Assembly (NCBI GenBank): GCA_934660865.1 | Contig: CAKUIA010000014.1 | Coordinates: forward strand, 37,354 to 69,353 | Direction: 5' to 3' | Length of the DNA: 32,000 bases | Origin: an uncultured Opitutales bacterium | GTDB taxonomy: Bacteria > Verrucomicrobiota > Verrucomicrobiia > Opitutales > Intestinicryptomonadaceae | Shown: piece after piece, positions 8,833 to 17,793 of the stretch | Layout of the letters: the number at the start of each line of letters is the position of its first letter | How positions within the stretch are numbered: the first letter of the stretch is position 1 | Position numbers and translations under genes: made by a program | Notes under the pieces: generated by a model | The model's database searches: none | What the model saw: the letters and a program-made list of their open reading frames with translations, nothing else | What the model was told of the DNA's origin: nothing

Positions 8833-10833
8833 CTAAAATATGCCGTTAACAAACTTAGAAAATCCCTTTAGGGGAATAAGCTTTATAACAAAACCGCCGT
8901 CTTTTGCCATTTTTACGGTAAGTTTGCCGTCTTTGGGTGCGTCTATTTTGCCGATTTTGGCGTCGGTTGGGGTTTTGTCGGCGTTAATGCTGTCGAGCAT
9001 GGCTTCTATGGCATAGCTTTTGTTGGGCATAAATTTCGACAAATCCAGCTGGATTTCCTTTTCTTTGCCCGCGCAAATGCCCGCAATATACCAAACTTCG
9101 CCTTTTTTGCGCGCAACAACAACATATTCGCCAAGCTTTGCGCAAACGGGTTTAGAGTCGTCCCAAGTGGTGGGAGTAGACGCTATAAACGAGGTAAATT
9201 GCGGGTATTTTTCGTATTGGGTTGGGCTGTCGCACAACATTTGCAGGGGGGCGAAAAAGAGGGTATACAACGCGCCCTGGTGCGCCCTGGTCCCTATCGA
9301 GGCTGGTGAATCGAAATTGTGCGTATAATATTGTTCGTTTACGTTGTTTATGGCCCCTGGGGTGTAGTCGATAGGCCCTTGCAACATTCTTGTCATAACC
9401 AAGTCTACATTGTGCGAGGGTGTTGTAGACTGCCTTTTAAATTTGTTCATTTCAAGCCCCAAAACCGCTTCGAAATTTATTACGTTGGGGAATGTTCTGT
9501 TTAAGCCTGCGGGCTTTGCGCAGCCGTGAAAGTCTATAACCATTTTGTTGTCGGCCGCAATTTGCGCAAGGCGGTAATACAAATCCATTGCGGTTTGGTC
9601 GTCGCGGTCGAAAAAGTCTATTTTAAGGCCGTCGGCTCCCCAGCTTTTCATTAGGGGAATTGCCTTTTCGCCGTACAGGTTCATAGACTGGCCAAGGCAC
9701 CACAATACAACTTTAACGTTCTTTTTGTGGGCATAGTCTACCAACTTTTTTACATTCAAAAACGGCTTGCCCGAAATCGCCATTTCGTGCACATCGCCGC
9801 CCATTTTGCCCACGTCTTCGCCCACAAGCCAGCCTGCGTCGAACAATATGTATGGAATCTTGTATTTTGCGGCAAAATCTATGTAGCGAATGTATGTCGC
9901 CTCGTTTACGCCCGTTTTAAAGTCTACATTTTCAAGGCTCCAGTTGCTCCACCATTCCCACGAGCACGTTCCAGTTGTTATCCACGAAATATCGCTTAGG
10001 CGCGAGGGTTCGGCCAATTTAAACACGGTGTTGTTTACCGAAAAATCGGCATCGTTTTCGCCTACAATAAATGCGCGCCACGGGAAGCTGCGGGTGGCGT
10101 CGGTTTGGGCGGTAAAGTCGTCGAATTCGCCGTGCTTTACCATAAAGTTCGAAGCCTTTACCAAATTTTTGGGGTGCTTTACAAAGGTGGATTTAAGACC
10201 GTCTTTTACCTTAAACCTAAGCATCGGGTACGAATTTACGTCGCTTTCGACCACCGCAAACGAGGCGTCTTTGGTTTTTACAATTACGGGCAGCAAAAGC
10301 TGCTTGTCGTTTTCTGAGCTGTTTATGCGGCTAAGCAGGCGCTCGTACGAGCTCATTGTATTGCTTTCGAGCATGCCTATAATTGGAGTTTTTTCGGGAA
10401 GGTTTATGTCCAAAGTTTCCGAAAGTACTTTCATCTTTTCCTTGCCCAATTTCGATACAATGCGGTAGGCAACCGAATCGTTGTAGGCGCGCAATACCAG
10501 TGTAAAGTTTCCGAAATCGGCCTCTATTTGGTTGTAGTTGTCGCGCAATTTCGAAACTATGCCGAAGGGAACGTCTATTTCGGAATCGCTTGATACGCTT
10601 TTAACCGATTTTAATTCGGACTTTTCGCCCAAAGAGCCTTTGTCGGTGTCCATTGCAATTTTCGCATTCTCGAAAAGCGGTTTGCCTTTGTACAGTAGCG
10701 AAAAGCTTATTTCTTTGTCGGATTTAAGAACGGCCTGAAGGCGGCCGTCGGGCGACTGCACCGAATGGTCGGCGGCAATAACCGCGCCTGCAAACAGTGC
10801 AAACAATGCCAATAGTGGTGTTAGTTTTTTCAT
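8833..10833 (-). CDS. Glycoside hydrolase family 97 (alpha-glucosidase/alpha-galactosidase type), secreted
   Basis: The start was moved to the ATG at 10833 (MKKLTPLLALFALFAGAVIAADHSVQSPDG); the track start at 10905 overlaps the upstream esterase. The mature N-terminus SPDGRL and the catalytic-region block WGADGLKIDFFDRDDQ resemble SusB-like GH97 enzymes. Confidence 0.85.
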   Translation of the reverse strand: MKKLTPLLALFALFAGAVIAADHSVQSPDGRLQAVLKSDKEISFSLLYKGKPLFENAKIAMDTDKGSLGEKSELKSVKSVSSDSEIDVPFGIVSKLRDNYNQIEADFGNFTLVLRAYNDSVAYRIVSKLGKEKMKVLSETLDINLPEKTPIIGMLESNTMSSYERLLSRINSSENDKQLLLPVIVKTKDASFAVVESDVNSYPMLRFKVKDGLKSTFVKHPKNLVKASNFMVKHGEFDDFTAQTDATRSFPWRAFIVGENDADFSVNNTVFKLAEPSRLSDISWITTGTCSWEWWSNWSLENVDFKTGVNEATYIRYIDFAAKYKIPYILFDAGWLVGEDVGKMGGDVHEMAISGKPFLNVKKLVDYAHKKNVKVVLWCLGQSMNLYGEKAIPLMKSWGADGLKIDFFDRDDQTAMDLYYRLAQIAADNKMVIDFHGCAKPAGLNRTFPNVINFEAVLGLEMNKFKRQSTTPSHNVDLVMTRMLQGPIDYTPGAINNVNEQYYTHNFDSPASIGTRAHQGALYTLFFAPLQMLCDSPTQYEKYPQFTSFIASTPTTWDDSKPVCAKLGEYVVVARKKGEVWYIAGICAGKEKEIQLDLSKFMPNKSYAIEAMLDSINADKTPTDAKIGKIDAPKDGKLTVKMAKDGGFVIKLIPLKGFSKFVNGIF

Positions 10834-10859
10834 ATATTTATGTTTTTTTAGTTTAAATT

Positions 10860-11783
10860 CTATTTGTTGCGGGGAAAATTCATTCTGTCGAGCCAGTCTA
10901 CGCAAAGCTGAAGCCTTATGGGATCGGGCCCTTTGCGGAAGTTCATTCCGCCGCCGTGGCCGCCTTTGGGTTTGACGTGCAGCTCGGCTTCAACGCCTGC
11001 GTCTCTTGCCGCCAAAAAATACGCGATTGCCGAAGTTATGTGCGAATCGTCCAGCATTTCGTAGATGAATACGGGCGGGGTGCTTTTTGTAATTTTAAGG
11101 TTTTCGGCCAAAGCGTAGCGCAAATTGTAGTCTTTATGGCTGGGCTTGATATTTTTCCAGCGCAGCTCGTTTGTGGGCTGGTCGCAGTAGGCGGGGTATA
11201 TCAAAATTGTGGCGTCTTGCACGGGGCTTAAATCGTCTATTTCGTCTACCTTTTGGTAGCTATTCATGGTTATTGGCGCGCTTGAGCGGGCAACCAAATT
11301 TGCGCCCGCGCTAAAGCCTATGGCCACAATTTTGTCTATATTCCACTCTTTTGCGTTATGGCGTGCAAGCCTTACAATTCTTTGCATATCCTGCAAAGCC
11401 CCGTGCGGGTTGTCGGGGGCGCGGTAGTCTAGCGTAAGCGTGCTATAGCCTTGTTCGTAAAAGGCGTTTGCCGTCATTGTTCCCTCTTCGCAGACAATGC
11501 CGCAGCCTCGGTATGCGCCGCCGTGAACTACAATAACAAGTGTAGATGGCTTTCCCGATTTTTGCAATTTAAGCGAATAGTGGGGCTTGTTTATAACGTT
11601 TTTGCGCTGGTTAAGCTTTTGTGCGGCCTCCAACGCCTCCTGCGAATTGGCGGGCATTTTGCCTTCGGGCCAAACGAGTTGCGGGTTGTATTTTTTGTTT
11701 AATGTGTCGAAATTTTCGGCAAGCTTTGCGCTTGCAAATGCGGCAAAGGCAAAAGAAAGGGCTAAAAGGGCTATTTTTTTCAT
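10860..11783 (-). CDS. Secreted alpha/beta-hydrolase esterase (HGG-type, carbohydrate or acetyl esterase-like)
   Basis: Signal peptide MKKIALLALSFAFAAFASA, oxyanion motif VVHGGAY, and nucleophile elbow GFSAGAN. The candidate catalytic His near the C-terminus lies in KGGHGGG. Confidence 0.75.
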   Translation of the reverse strand: MKKIALLALSFAFAAFASAKLAENFDTLNKKYNPQLVWPEGKMPANSQEALEAAQKLNQRKNVINKPHYSLKLQKSGKPSTLVIVVHGGAYRGCGIVCEEGTMTANAFYEQGYSTLTLDYRAPDNPHGALQDMQRIVRLARHNAKEWNIDKIVAIGFSAGANLVARSSAPITMNSYQKVDEIDDLSPVQDATILIYPAYCDQPTNELRWKNIKPSHKDYNLRYALAENLKITKSTPPVFIYEMLDDSHITSAIAYFLAARDAGVEAELHVKPKGGHGGGMNFRKGPDPIRLQLCVDWLDRMNFPRNK

Positions 11784-11949
11784 AAAAATTCGGTCTATAA
11801 AATTGTCCTGTAAATTTTATTGCAAGCTTTGCTATTACAAATTGCCGGATTTGCCAAGAATATTTATTTGAACCGTTTTTTTACAAAAGCTTAGACCTTC
11901 TTTTTGAATTGACTTAAAAGCGGGTGTTTTAGTACATATATTACAATAA

Positions 11950-12906
11950 ATGAGCGACGGCAAAACTATCCCTATATATATGTGCTGCGACGACAACTAC
12001 GCGGCGCAGTTAAGCGTTGTTTTGGCGTCTGTTTGCTACAATACAAAGGCAAACTTGCATTTTATTATACTAAGCGCCGCGCTTTCGGATTTATCCAAAC
12101 AAAAAATTGCCGATTCCGCAAAGAGCGCAAGGGTAGACTTTGTTTCAATTAAGCCCTATGCCGACGCCGTAAAAGACGTTAACGTTAAATTAAAACACCT
12201 TTCCATTGCGGCCTGCTACAGATACTTTATACCCCAGTTAGACTACGACTACGAAAAGGGCATTTATTTGGATTGCGACACCGTTGTTTTGGGCGACATC
12301 GAAAAGCTGTTCGACATAGACTTAAAAGACGCCCCGCTGGCTGCGGTAGAAGATACGGTTTCGGAAAAGCACTATAAAAAGTGGGGGCTTAAAAGATATT
12401 TCAATTCGGGCGTTTTGCTTTTGAACATAAAAAAGCTAAGGGAGGAAACTTCGCCTTTAAAGCTTGTGCAAAAAACTTTGGAGTTGGGCGATTCGCTTAA
12501 ATATGTAGACCAAGACGTGCTTAATATTTTGTATGCAAACACGGCCCTGTTTTTGCCGCCAAAATATGGCGCAATTTCGCCCCTGTTCAGGAAAACCGTT
12601 TCGCTTAAAAGCGCAAGCTTTGCCGACATAAACGAAGCCGTATACACCCCCGTTATAGTGCATTTTACGGGGCCGGACAAGCCGTGGAAAATTCCCCGCG
12701 GGCTAACCGCGCACCCGTGGGCTTGCGCCTATTTTTACTATTTGGGCAAAACTCGATTTGCCGATACAAAAGCCGAAATATTGCGCAACTTTAACGGCGT
12801 AAAAAACTTTGTTTGGTATTTTAAACGCCATTTTTTGTTTTTTGCGCGCCCGTACTACCTAAAAATGCGAAGGCTGTACAACCAAAATAAGGGGAAGTTT
12901 TTGTAA
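11950..12906 (+). CDS. Glycosyltransferase family 8 (LPS/LOS alpha-hexosyltransferase type)
   Basis: The motifs CCDDNYA, YLDCDTVVLGDI (DxD), FNSGVLLLN and HFTGPDKPW are characteristic of GT8 (RfaI/RfaJ/LgtC-like). Confidence 0.85.
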   Translation: MSDGKTIPIYMCCDDNYAAQLSVVLASVCYNTKANLHFIILSAALSDLSKQKIADSAKSARVDFVSIKPYADAVKDVNVKLKHLSIAACYRYFIPQLDYDYEKGIYLDCDTVVLGDIEKLFDIDLKDAPLAAVEDTVSEKHYKKWGLKRYFNSGVLLLNIKKLREETSPLKLVQKTLELGDSLKYVDQDVLNILYANTALFLPPKYGAISPLFRKTVSLKSASFADINEAVYTPVIVHFTGPDKPWKIPRGLTAHPWACAYFYYLGKTRFADTKAEILRNFNGVKNFVWYFKRHFLFFARPYYLKMRRLYNQNKGKFL

Positions 12907-12907
12907 A

Positions 12908-13858
12908 GTGCGCGGCTTTTTAGACATAGCGTTGGCACCCGACGACAACTACGCAAAATATGCAAAGGTTGTAATGCAAAGCGCAATGGACGCCTGCAAA
13001 ACGCCATTGCGTTTTTGGATTTTAGACGGCGGCTTGTCGGACAACTGCAAACAAATGCTAAAAAGCGTTTCCGACAATGTGGAGATTGTAAAAATAAACA
13101 AAGATATGTTTTGCGGCTTTCCGTCGAACGGCTACATAACGGTTTCCACCTGGTACAGGTTTGCAATAGCCGAGCTTTTGCCCGATAGCGTAAAAAGGGT
13201 TTTGTATTTGGATTGCGACATTGCCGTAGCCGACGATATTTCGGAATTGGCCGACATAAATTTGGACAATTACGCGGTGGCGGCCGTAAAAGACTGTATA
13301 TACAAAAAATTCGACAAAAGAATAGGGCTTTGCCAAAACTACCACTACTTTAACGCGGGGGTTTTGCTTATAAACCTAAATTACTGGCGGCAAAAAAACG
13401 TATGCAAAAGGCTTTTCGATTTTCTGGCAAAATCGCCCGAAAACCTGCGCTTGTTCGACCAGTCGGTTTTGAATTTGGTTTTAAAAGACGAATATTTGGA
13501 GCTTGATTTGCGCTACAACGTGCAGTATGTGCCGCCTTTTTTGGAGGAGTCGTGCTACGAAAGGGGCGAATTTTGCGCCGCGTTTGCAAGGCCCAAAATA
13601 ATACATTTTGTAAACCGCTTTAAGCCGTGGAATGCTAATTTCGGCTGGCTAAATCCCCTAAATGCCTACTTTGCAAGATATTTAAAATGTTCGTACACAA
13701 GGCGCAAGTTTGCGGTGTTTTTGCGCCTGTTTGCAAAAAGATTTGTCCGCAAACCCGTAATTTTGTTTAGATGTTATTATTGGAACAATGTTGCTTTGCA
13801 TTTCGCGGCAAAAGCGTTTGCGGCAAAAAAAGGTAAATCCCACAAAGCAGGAACTTAA
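12908..13858 (+). CDS. Glycosyltransferase family 8, tandem paralog
   Basis: The GTG start lies 1 nt after the previous stop. It carries the same motif set: PDDNYA, YLDCDIAVADDI, FNAGVLLINL and HFVNRFKPW. Confidence 0.85.
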   Translation: MRGFLDIALAPDDNYAKYAKVVMQSAMDACKTPLRFWILDGGLSDNCKQMLKSVSDNVEIVKINKDMFCGFPSNGYITVSTWYRFAIAELLPDSVKRVLYLDCDIAVADDISELADINLDNYAVAAVKDCIYKKFDKRIGLCQNYHYFNAGVLLINLNYWRQKNVCKRLFDFLAKSPENLRLFDQSVLNLVLKDEYLELDLRYNVQYVPPFLEESCYERGEFCAAFARPKIIHFVNRFKPWNANFGWLNPLNAYFARYLKCSYTRRKFAVFLRLFAKRFVRKPVILFRCYYWNNVALHFAAKAFAAKKGKSHKAGT

Positions 13859-13861
13859 TAT

Positions 13862-14788
13862 ATGAAACTTGATTTTCTAAGAAAAATATTCTCGTATAAG
13901 GTTGTAGACGAGCACATAAAATTGTGCGTGTTGGGCGTGCATGCAAATATCAGGCAAAAGGTTAAAATACAAACGCCCAAAATCACCCAAAGCGGCGTAA
14001 GCGGTTTGCAAAAAACAAAAGGACGCATAATATGCTCGCTAACCAGCATTCCCCAAAGGATAGACATGGTAGATATTGTCGTTGCGCGCCTGCTTAACCA
14101 AACCCTTAAGCCTGATATGGTTGTTTTGTATTTGGCAAGCGACGAATTCCCCGAAGGCGAAAAATCTTTGCCCGAAAAGCTGCTGGCTTTAAAACGGTTC
14201 GGCCTTACCGTTAAATTCTGCAAAAACTATAAGTCGTACAAAAAGCTTATTCCCGCTTTAATGGAATTTCCCGACGACTATATAATAACTTTCGACGACG
14301 ACATTTTGTACGACTTTGACGCGGTTGAAAATTTGTGGAAAAGCTCGCAGGCAAACCCCAACTGCGTGTGCTGCTACCGCACCGGGCGCATAAAGCTTGT
14401 AAACGGCGCAATTTCGCCCATATCGAACAACGTTTTGATTTGGAACCACCCGAACGACGCAACCTATAAAAACGTTATAATGAGCGGAACGGGAACGCTG
14501 TTTCCGCCGCACAGCCTTTATAAAGACATCTTAAACGAAGATATTTTTATGAAGCTTATGGCTTCGAACGACGAGATTTTCTTTTGGGCAATGGCCGTTT
14601 TAAACGGAACGAAAATTGTAAATACAAAGGGCTTTAACTATAAGTGCATACTTATAAGGCAGCAGCAAAAAGTGGCGCTAAGCCAAATAAACGTTGCGGG
14701 CAGCTCGAAGGGCATAGACGGCAAGTCGGCATTGCTGCTTATGGCGAAAACGTATCCCAAAATTATGGAAATTTTGGAAAACGAATAG
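13862..14788 (+). CDS. Putative glycosyltransferase (family not recognised)
   Basis: The start lies 3 nt after the previous stop. It has the N-terminal motif SLTSIPQRI and an acidic FDDDILY (DxD-like). The operon context is two GT8 genes. The family assignment is uncertain. Confidence 0.5.
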   Translation: MKLDFLRKIFSYKVVDEHIKLCVLGVHANIRQKVKIQTPKITQSGVSGLQKTKGRIICSLTSIPQRIDMVDIVVARLLNQTLKPDMVVLYLASDEFPEGEKSLPEKLLALKRFGLTVKFCKNYKSYKKLIPALMEFPDDYIITFDDDILYDFDAVENLWKSSQANPNCVCCYRTGRIKLVNGAISPISNNVLIWNHPNDATYKNVIMSGTGTLFPPHSLYKDILNEDIFMKLMASNDEIFFWAMAVLNGTKIVNTKGFNYKCILIRQQQKVALSQINVAGSSKGIDGKSALLLMAKTYPKIMEILENE

Positions 14789-14800
14789 AAATTTTTTCAC

Positions 14801-14840
14801 AAAAAACGGCGCAAACATTAAACTTTGCGCCGTTTTTTTG
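14801..14840. terminator. Bidirectional intrinsic terminator between convergent genes
   Basis: ACGGCGCAAA (14806..14815) pairs with TTTGCGCCGT (14824..14833) as a 10-bp stem with an 8-nt loop. An A6 run lies upstream and a T7 run downstream. Confidence 0.65.
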
Positions 14841-14861
14841 TTTTAAGATGTTTTTAACCGT

Positions 14862-15170
14862 TTACGCTGCAGGTTGCGCCTTGGGGGCTGCGCTGCGCGA
14901 TTTTTTCGCCTTTGCCTTGGGCTTTTCGTCTTGGGCCTGTTCCTTTGCGGCAAGCTCCCTTTCGGCGATAAGGTCTTCAATCTTTTCCTTCATCGAGGCA
15001 AGTTCTTCAATCGACATAGAGTCGAGAGCCTTGTTTTCGTTTACGGGAATGTCCATACCGTGCGAACGCAAAATATCGTCTATCTTATTTTGGTTCTTCT
15101 TGTATAGATAGAAGCCCGTTGCGGCCAAACCTACGCCCAAAGCGGCGCCCAATATATAATCTCTTGTCAT
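14862..15170 (-). CDS. Small hypothetical membrane-anchored protein with a Lys/Ala-rich tail
   Basis: 102 aa with one N-terminal hydrophobic helix (ILGAALGVGLAATGFYLY), an acidic helical middle, and a C-terminal KPKAKAKKSRSAAPKAQPAA. It starts 25 nt after the ATPase stop on the same strand. I recognise no family. Confidence 0.45.
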   Translation of the reverse strand: MTRDYILGAALGVGLAATGFYLYKKNQNKIDDILRSHGMDIPVNENKALDSMSIEELASMKEKIEDLIAERELAAKEQAQDEKPKAKAKKSRSAAPKAQPAA

Positions 15171-15195
15171 AATAGTTTTCCTTTCGTGAAAAAAT

Positions 15196-17424
15196 TTATT
15201 TTAGAGTAGGTGCTTTCTCCATATCATAAAAGAGTATTCGCAGAGAATTTGCAACAACTAAAATTGTGGACGAATTGTGCATTACGGCCCCGAATATTAC
15301 CGGTATTGTGCCCAAAGCCCCCAACGCCAGGCCGAGAGTGTTTATGCCCACCGAGGCGTACAGGTTTTGGCGCACAATGTCCATTGTGTATTTCGAAAGG
15401 CCGTATATGCCCGGCAGCATAAGCGCGTTGTCGCCGGCAATGGTTATGTCGGCGGCCTCCATTGCCGCGTCGGTGCGGGTTTTGCCAAGTGCTATGCCGA
15501 CATCGGCGTAGGCAAGGGCGGGGGCGTCGTTAATTCCGTCGCCAACCATAACAACCTTGTTGCCGCGCGACTGCATTCTGAGAACCACCTTTGCCTTGTC
15601 TTCGGGCAAAAGCTCGTATTCGTAGCTGTCTACGCCGAGCCTGCGGGCAACTACGTCGGCTTGCTGCTCCAAGTCGCCCGTAAGAAGAACAATGTCGTCT
15701 ACGCCGACGGTGCGCAGGCGGTTTAGCGCCTTTTTCATATTCTCGCGCAAGGGGTCTCTTATGCCTATCAAGCCCGCAATTTCGTTGCCTTTCGAAACAT
15801 AGACAACGTTTTCGCCCTTCGCAAAAAGCGCCGAGGCCTGGTCGCGCATGGGGTGGGTGTGTATGCCGCATTCGTTTAAAAAGCGCTTGTTGCCCACGCG
15901 TATTATTGCTCCGTTTGCGGTTGTGTATACGCCGCGGCCGACAACGGTTTCTATGTCGCCGTGGCGCGGAATTGCGATAATGTCGCGCCGGGCCTTTGCA
16001 AGAATTGCCGAAGCCATCGGGTGCTTTGACGTTTCTTCGGCGGCGGCCGCAAACGAAACAACTTCGTTTTGCGAGAATTTGCCCGAAAGGGGAACAACGC
16101 TTTCAACCTGCGGTTTGCCCTCGGTAAGCGTTCCGGTTTTGTCCAAAATCAAGGTATCGGCATGGCTCATGGCCTCTATTACGCCGCTTCCCTTTATAAG
16201 CACGCCCTGGCGCGCCGCGGTGTTTATAGCCGCCGAAAGGGCGGCCGCCGTGGAAAGCTTTATGCCGCAAGAATAGTCTATTATAAGCATATTAAGCGCC
16301 CTGTTTACATCGCGCGTTATGGCATATACCAGGCCCGAAAGGAATATGTTTAGCGGAACTAGCGCCGACGAAAACTTGTCGGCATAGTTTTGCACAAGGG
16401 CTTTTTTGCCGCCTGCGTCTTCTACCATCTTTATTATTTTCGAAACCGTAGTGTCGGCCCCTGCAGATTCAGCTATGCAGGTAATTGTGCCGTCTACAAC
16501 AAGCGTTCCCGCAAAAACTTTGCCGCCTTTTTCGCGCGAAACGGGTTCGAATTCGCCCGTAATCGAGGCCTGGTTTATAACGGCGCGCCCCGAAAGAACA
16601 ACGCCGTCGGCGCAAATCTTTTCGCCCGAATGGACTACTATTATGTCGCCTTTTTTAAGCTCTTTTGCCGAAATTTTTTGCAGCGGGTTGCCTATTTTGT
16701 TGTTGTAGGGGTGCCAAACGGTTTCGTTTTCGACCGAAAGCATATCCCTTATGGCGTTTCGCGTGCGGTTCATTGTGTAAACCGTCATGGATTCGGCAAA
16801 ATCGTGCAAAAACAAAACCGTCAACGCCGAAGCCGCCTTGCCCGACAATACGCTTGAAAGCACCGCCAACGCGCTTAGCGTGTCGGCATTGGGCAGCATG
16901 GAGCGCTTAAAGGCCTTTAAGCCGCTTTTAAACAAAGGCAGCGCCAGCGACATTGCTCCTATGCCGGGGAACCCGAAAAGCCTGCCCCTTAAAGTTGCGG
17001 GCACGGGCGACTTTAAAAGCCATACTCCCAAAAGCATTGCAGCCGAAACCGCGCTGCGCGTTATCAGCGTAGAAAGCGGTTCTTCGTGCAGGTCTCGCTC
17101 CTGAACAAGGAGCTTGTTTTGCTCTTCGCGCTCCCTTTGCAAAATGCCGAGCGAGTGCGCCGCAACGATTTCCTCTACCGACACCAAAAGGCGTTTCGAG
17201 TCGTTTTTGGATTCGTCGTATACAATGACAAGCGATTTTGCATAGGGGTTTATCCTTGCCGAAATTACGCCCTCTAAAAGCTTGAAGTGGCCCGCCAAAT
17301 GCTCTTTGTCTTCGCCGGTTCCCACATATTTAAACGCGTTGCAGGTTATCCTTACACGCCCCGAAATTTCGTGCGCAATAGAGCACTTTAAAAGGGGTTT
17401 TTTGTTTTTCGAGAAAAACGACAT
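15196..17424 (-). CDS. P1B-type (heavy-metal-type) P-type ATPase with an atypical TM4 motif and an N-terminal cysteine-free HMA-like module
   Basis: 742 aa with the P-type motifs ITGE, DKTGTLT, TGD and GDGINDAPAL, and an 8-TM P1B-like layout. The residues 42-44 positions before the phosphorylated Asp read Y-S-C instead of C-P-C. The last TM helix reads MHNSSTILVVANSLR. Confidence 0.9.
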   Translation of the reverse strand: MSFFSKNKKPLLKCSIAHEISGRVRITCNAFKYVGTGEDKEHLAGHFKLLEGVISARINPYAKSLVIVYDESKNDSKRLLVSVEEIVAAHSLGILQREREEQNKLLVQERDLHEEPLSTLITRSAVSAAMLLGVWLLKSPVPATLRGRLFGFPGIGAMSLALPLFKSGLKAFKRSMLPNADTLSALAVLSSVLSGKAASALTVLFLHDFAESMTVYTMNRTRNAIRDMLSVENETVWHPYNNKIGNPLQKISAKELKKGDIIVVHSGEKICADGVVLSGRAVINQASITGEFEPVSREKGGKVFAGTLVVDGTITCIAESAGADTTVSKIIKMVEDAGGKKALVQNYADKFSSALVPLNIFLSGLVYAITRDVNRALNMLIIDYSCGIKLSTAAALSAAINTAARQGVLIKGSGVIEAMSHADTLILDKTGTLTEGKPQVESVVPLSGKFSQNEVVSFAAAAEETSKHPMASAILAKARRDIIAIPRHGDIETVVGRGVYTTANGAIIRVGNKRFLNECGIHTHPMRDQASALFAKGENVVYVSKGNEIAGLIGIRDPLRENMKKALNRLRTVGVDDIVLLTGDLEQQADVVARRLGVDSYEYELLPEDKAKVVLRMQSRGNKVVMVGDGINDAPALAYADVGIALGKTRTDAAMEAADITIAGDNALMLPGIYGLSKYTMDIVRQNLYASVGINTLGLALGALGTIPVIFGAVMHNSSTILVVANSLRILFYDMEKAPTLK

Positions 17425-17427
17425 TTT

Positions 17428-17793
17428 TTAGCCTAATTTTGAAAGTTTTTCGCAAATATCGGCAACAAGCCTGCGCTCGTCGTCGGCGGTTTGGGTTGTC
17501 TTTAAAGCGTCTAAAACCGTTTGCCAGGCGGTGTCTATCCAGCCGGTTATTTCGCTTTCGGTTATGTTTTTCGGAACATACTCTATCAGAACATTGCCCG
17601 TATACTGGTTTAGCGAAACGCCGCTTATTCCCTTTTTAGACTTTAGCACGCCGATTAGCGCGTCGGCATATTCGGCTACATATTCGGGGTTGTTTTTAAG
17701 CCCCCAAATATTTATCCTTAGCCTGCCAGGCATACTGTGTACGATTTTGGGCTTGCCAAGAAGTTTTACGAAAGTTTTTTGTATGGAGTTCAT
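17428..17793 (-). CDS. Small cysteine-free HMA-like protein (what Pfam calls HMA_2, named from memory), partner of the ATPase
   Basis: The preferred start is the ATG at 17793..17791, which forms an ATGA overlap with the upstream stop. The alternative is the ATG at 17826. The stop lies 3 nt before the ATPase ATG. The module is IVHSMPGRLRINIWGL...GISGVSLNQYTGNVLIEYV. Confidence 0.65.
   Translation of the reverse strand: MNSIQKTFVKLLGKPKIVHSMPGRLRINIWGLKNNPEYVAEYADALIGVLKSKKGISGVSLNQYTGNVLIEYVPKNITESEITGWIDTAWQTVLDALKTTQTADDERRLVADICEKLSKLG

Noticed and set aside
11841-11858. TTGGCA...GGCA on the minus strand upstream of the esterase gene looked like a sigma-54 element.
   Set aside because: The GG-to-GC spacing is 2 nt too short for a -24/-12 promoter. 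The match is otherwise poor.
12820-13840. Homopolymer tracts in the glycosyltransferase genes (T6gT6 near 12830, A7 near 13390 and 13830), considered as phase-variation switches.
   Set aside because: The runs are 7 nt or shorter and are not unusual for this AT-rich codon usage. They are too short to argue for slipped-strand regulation without population data.
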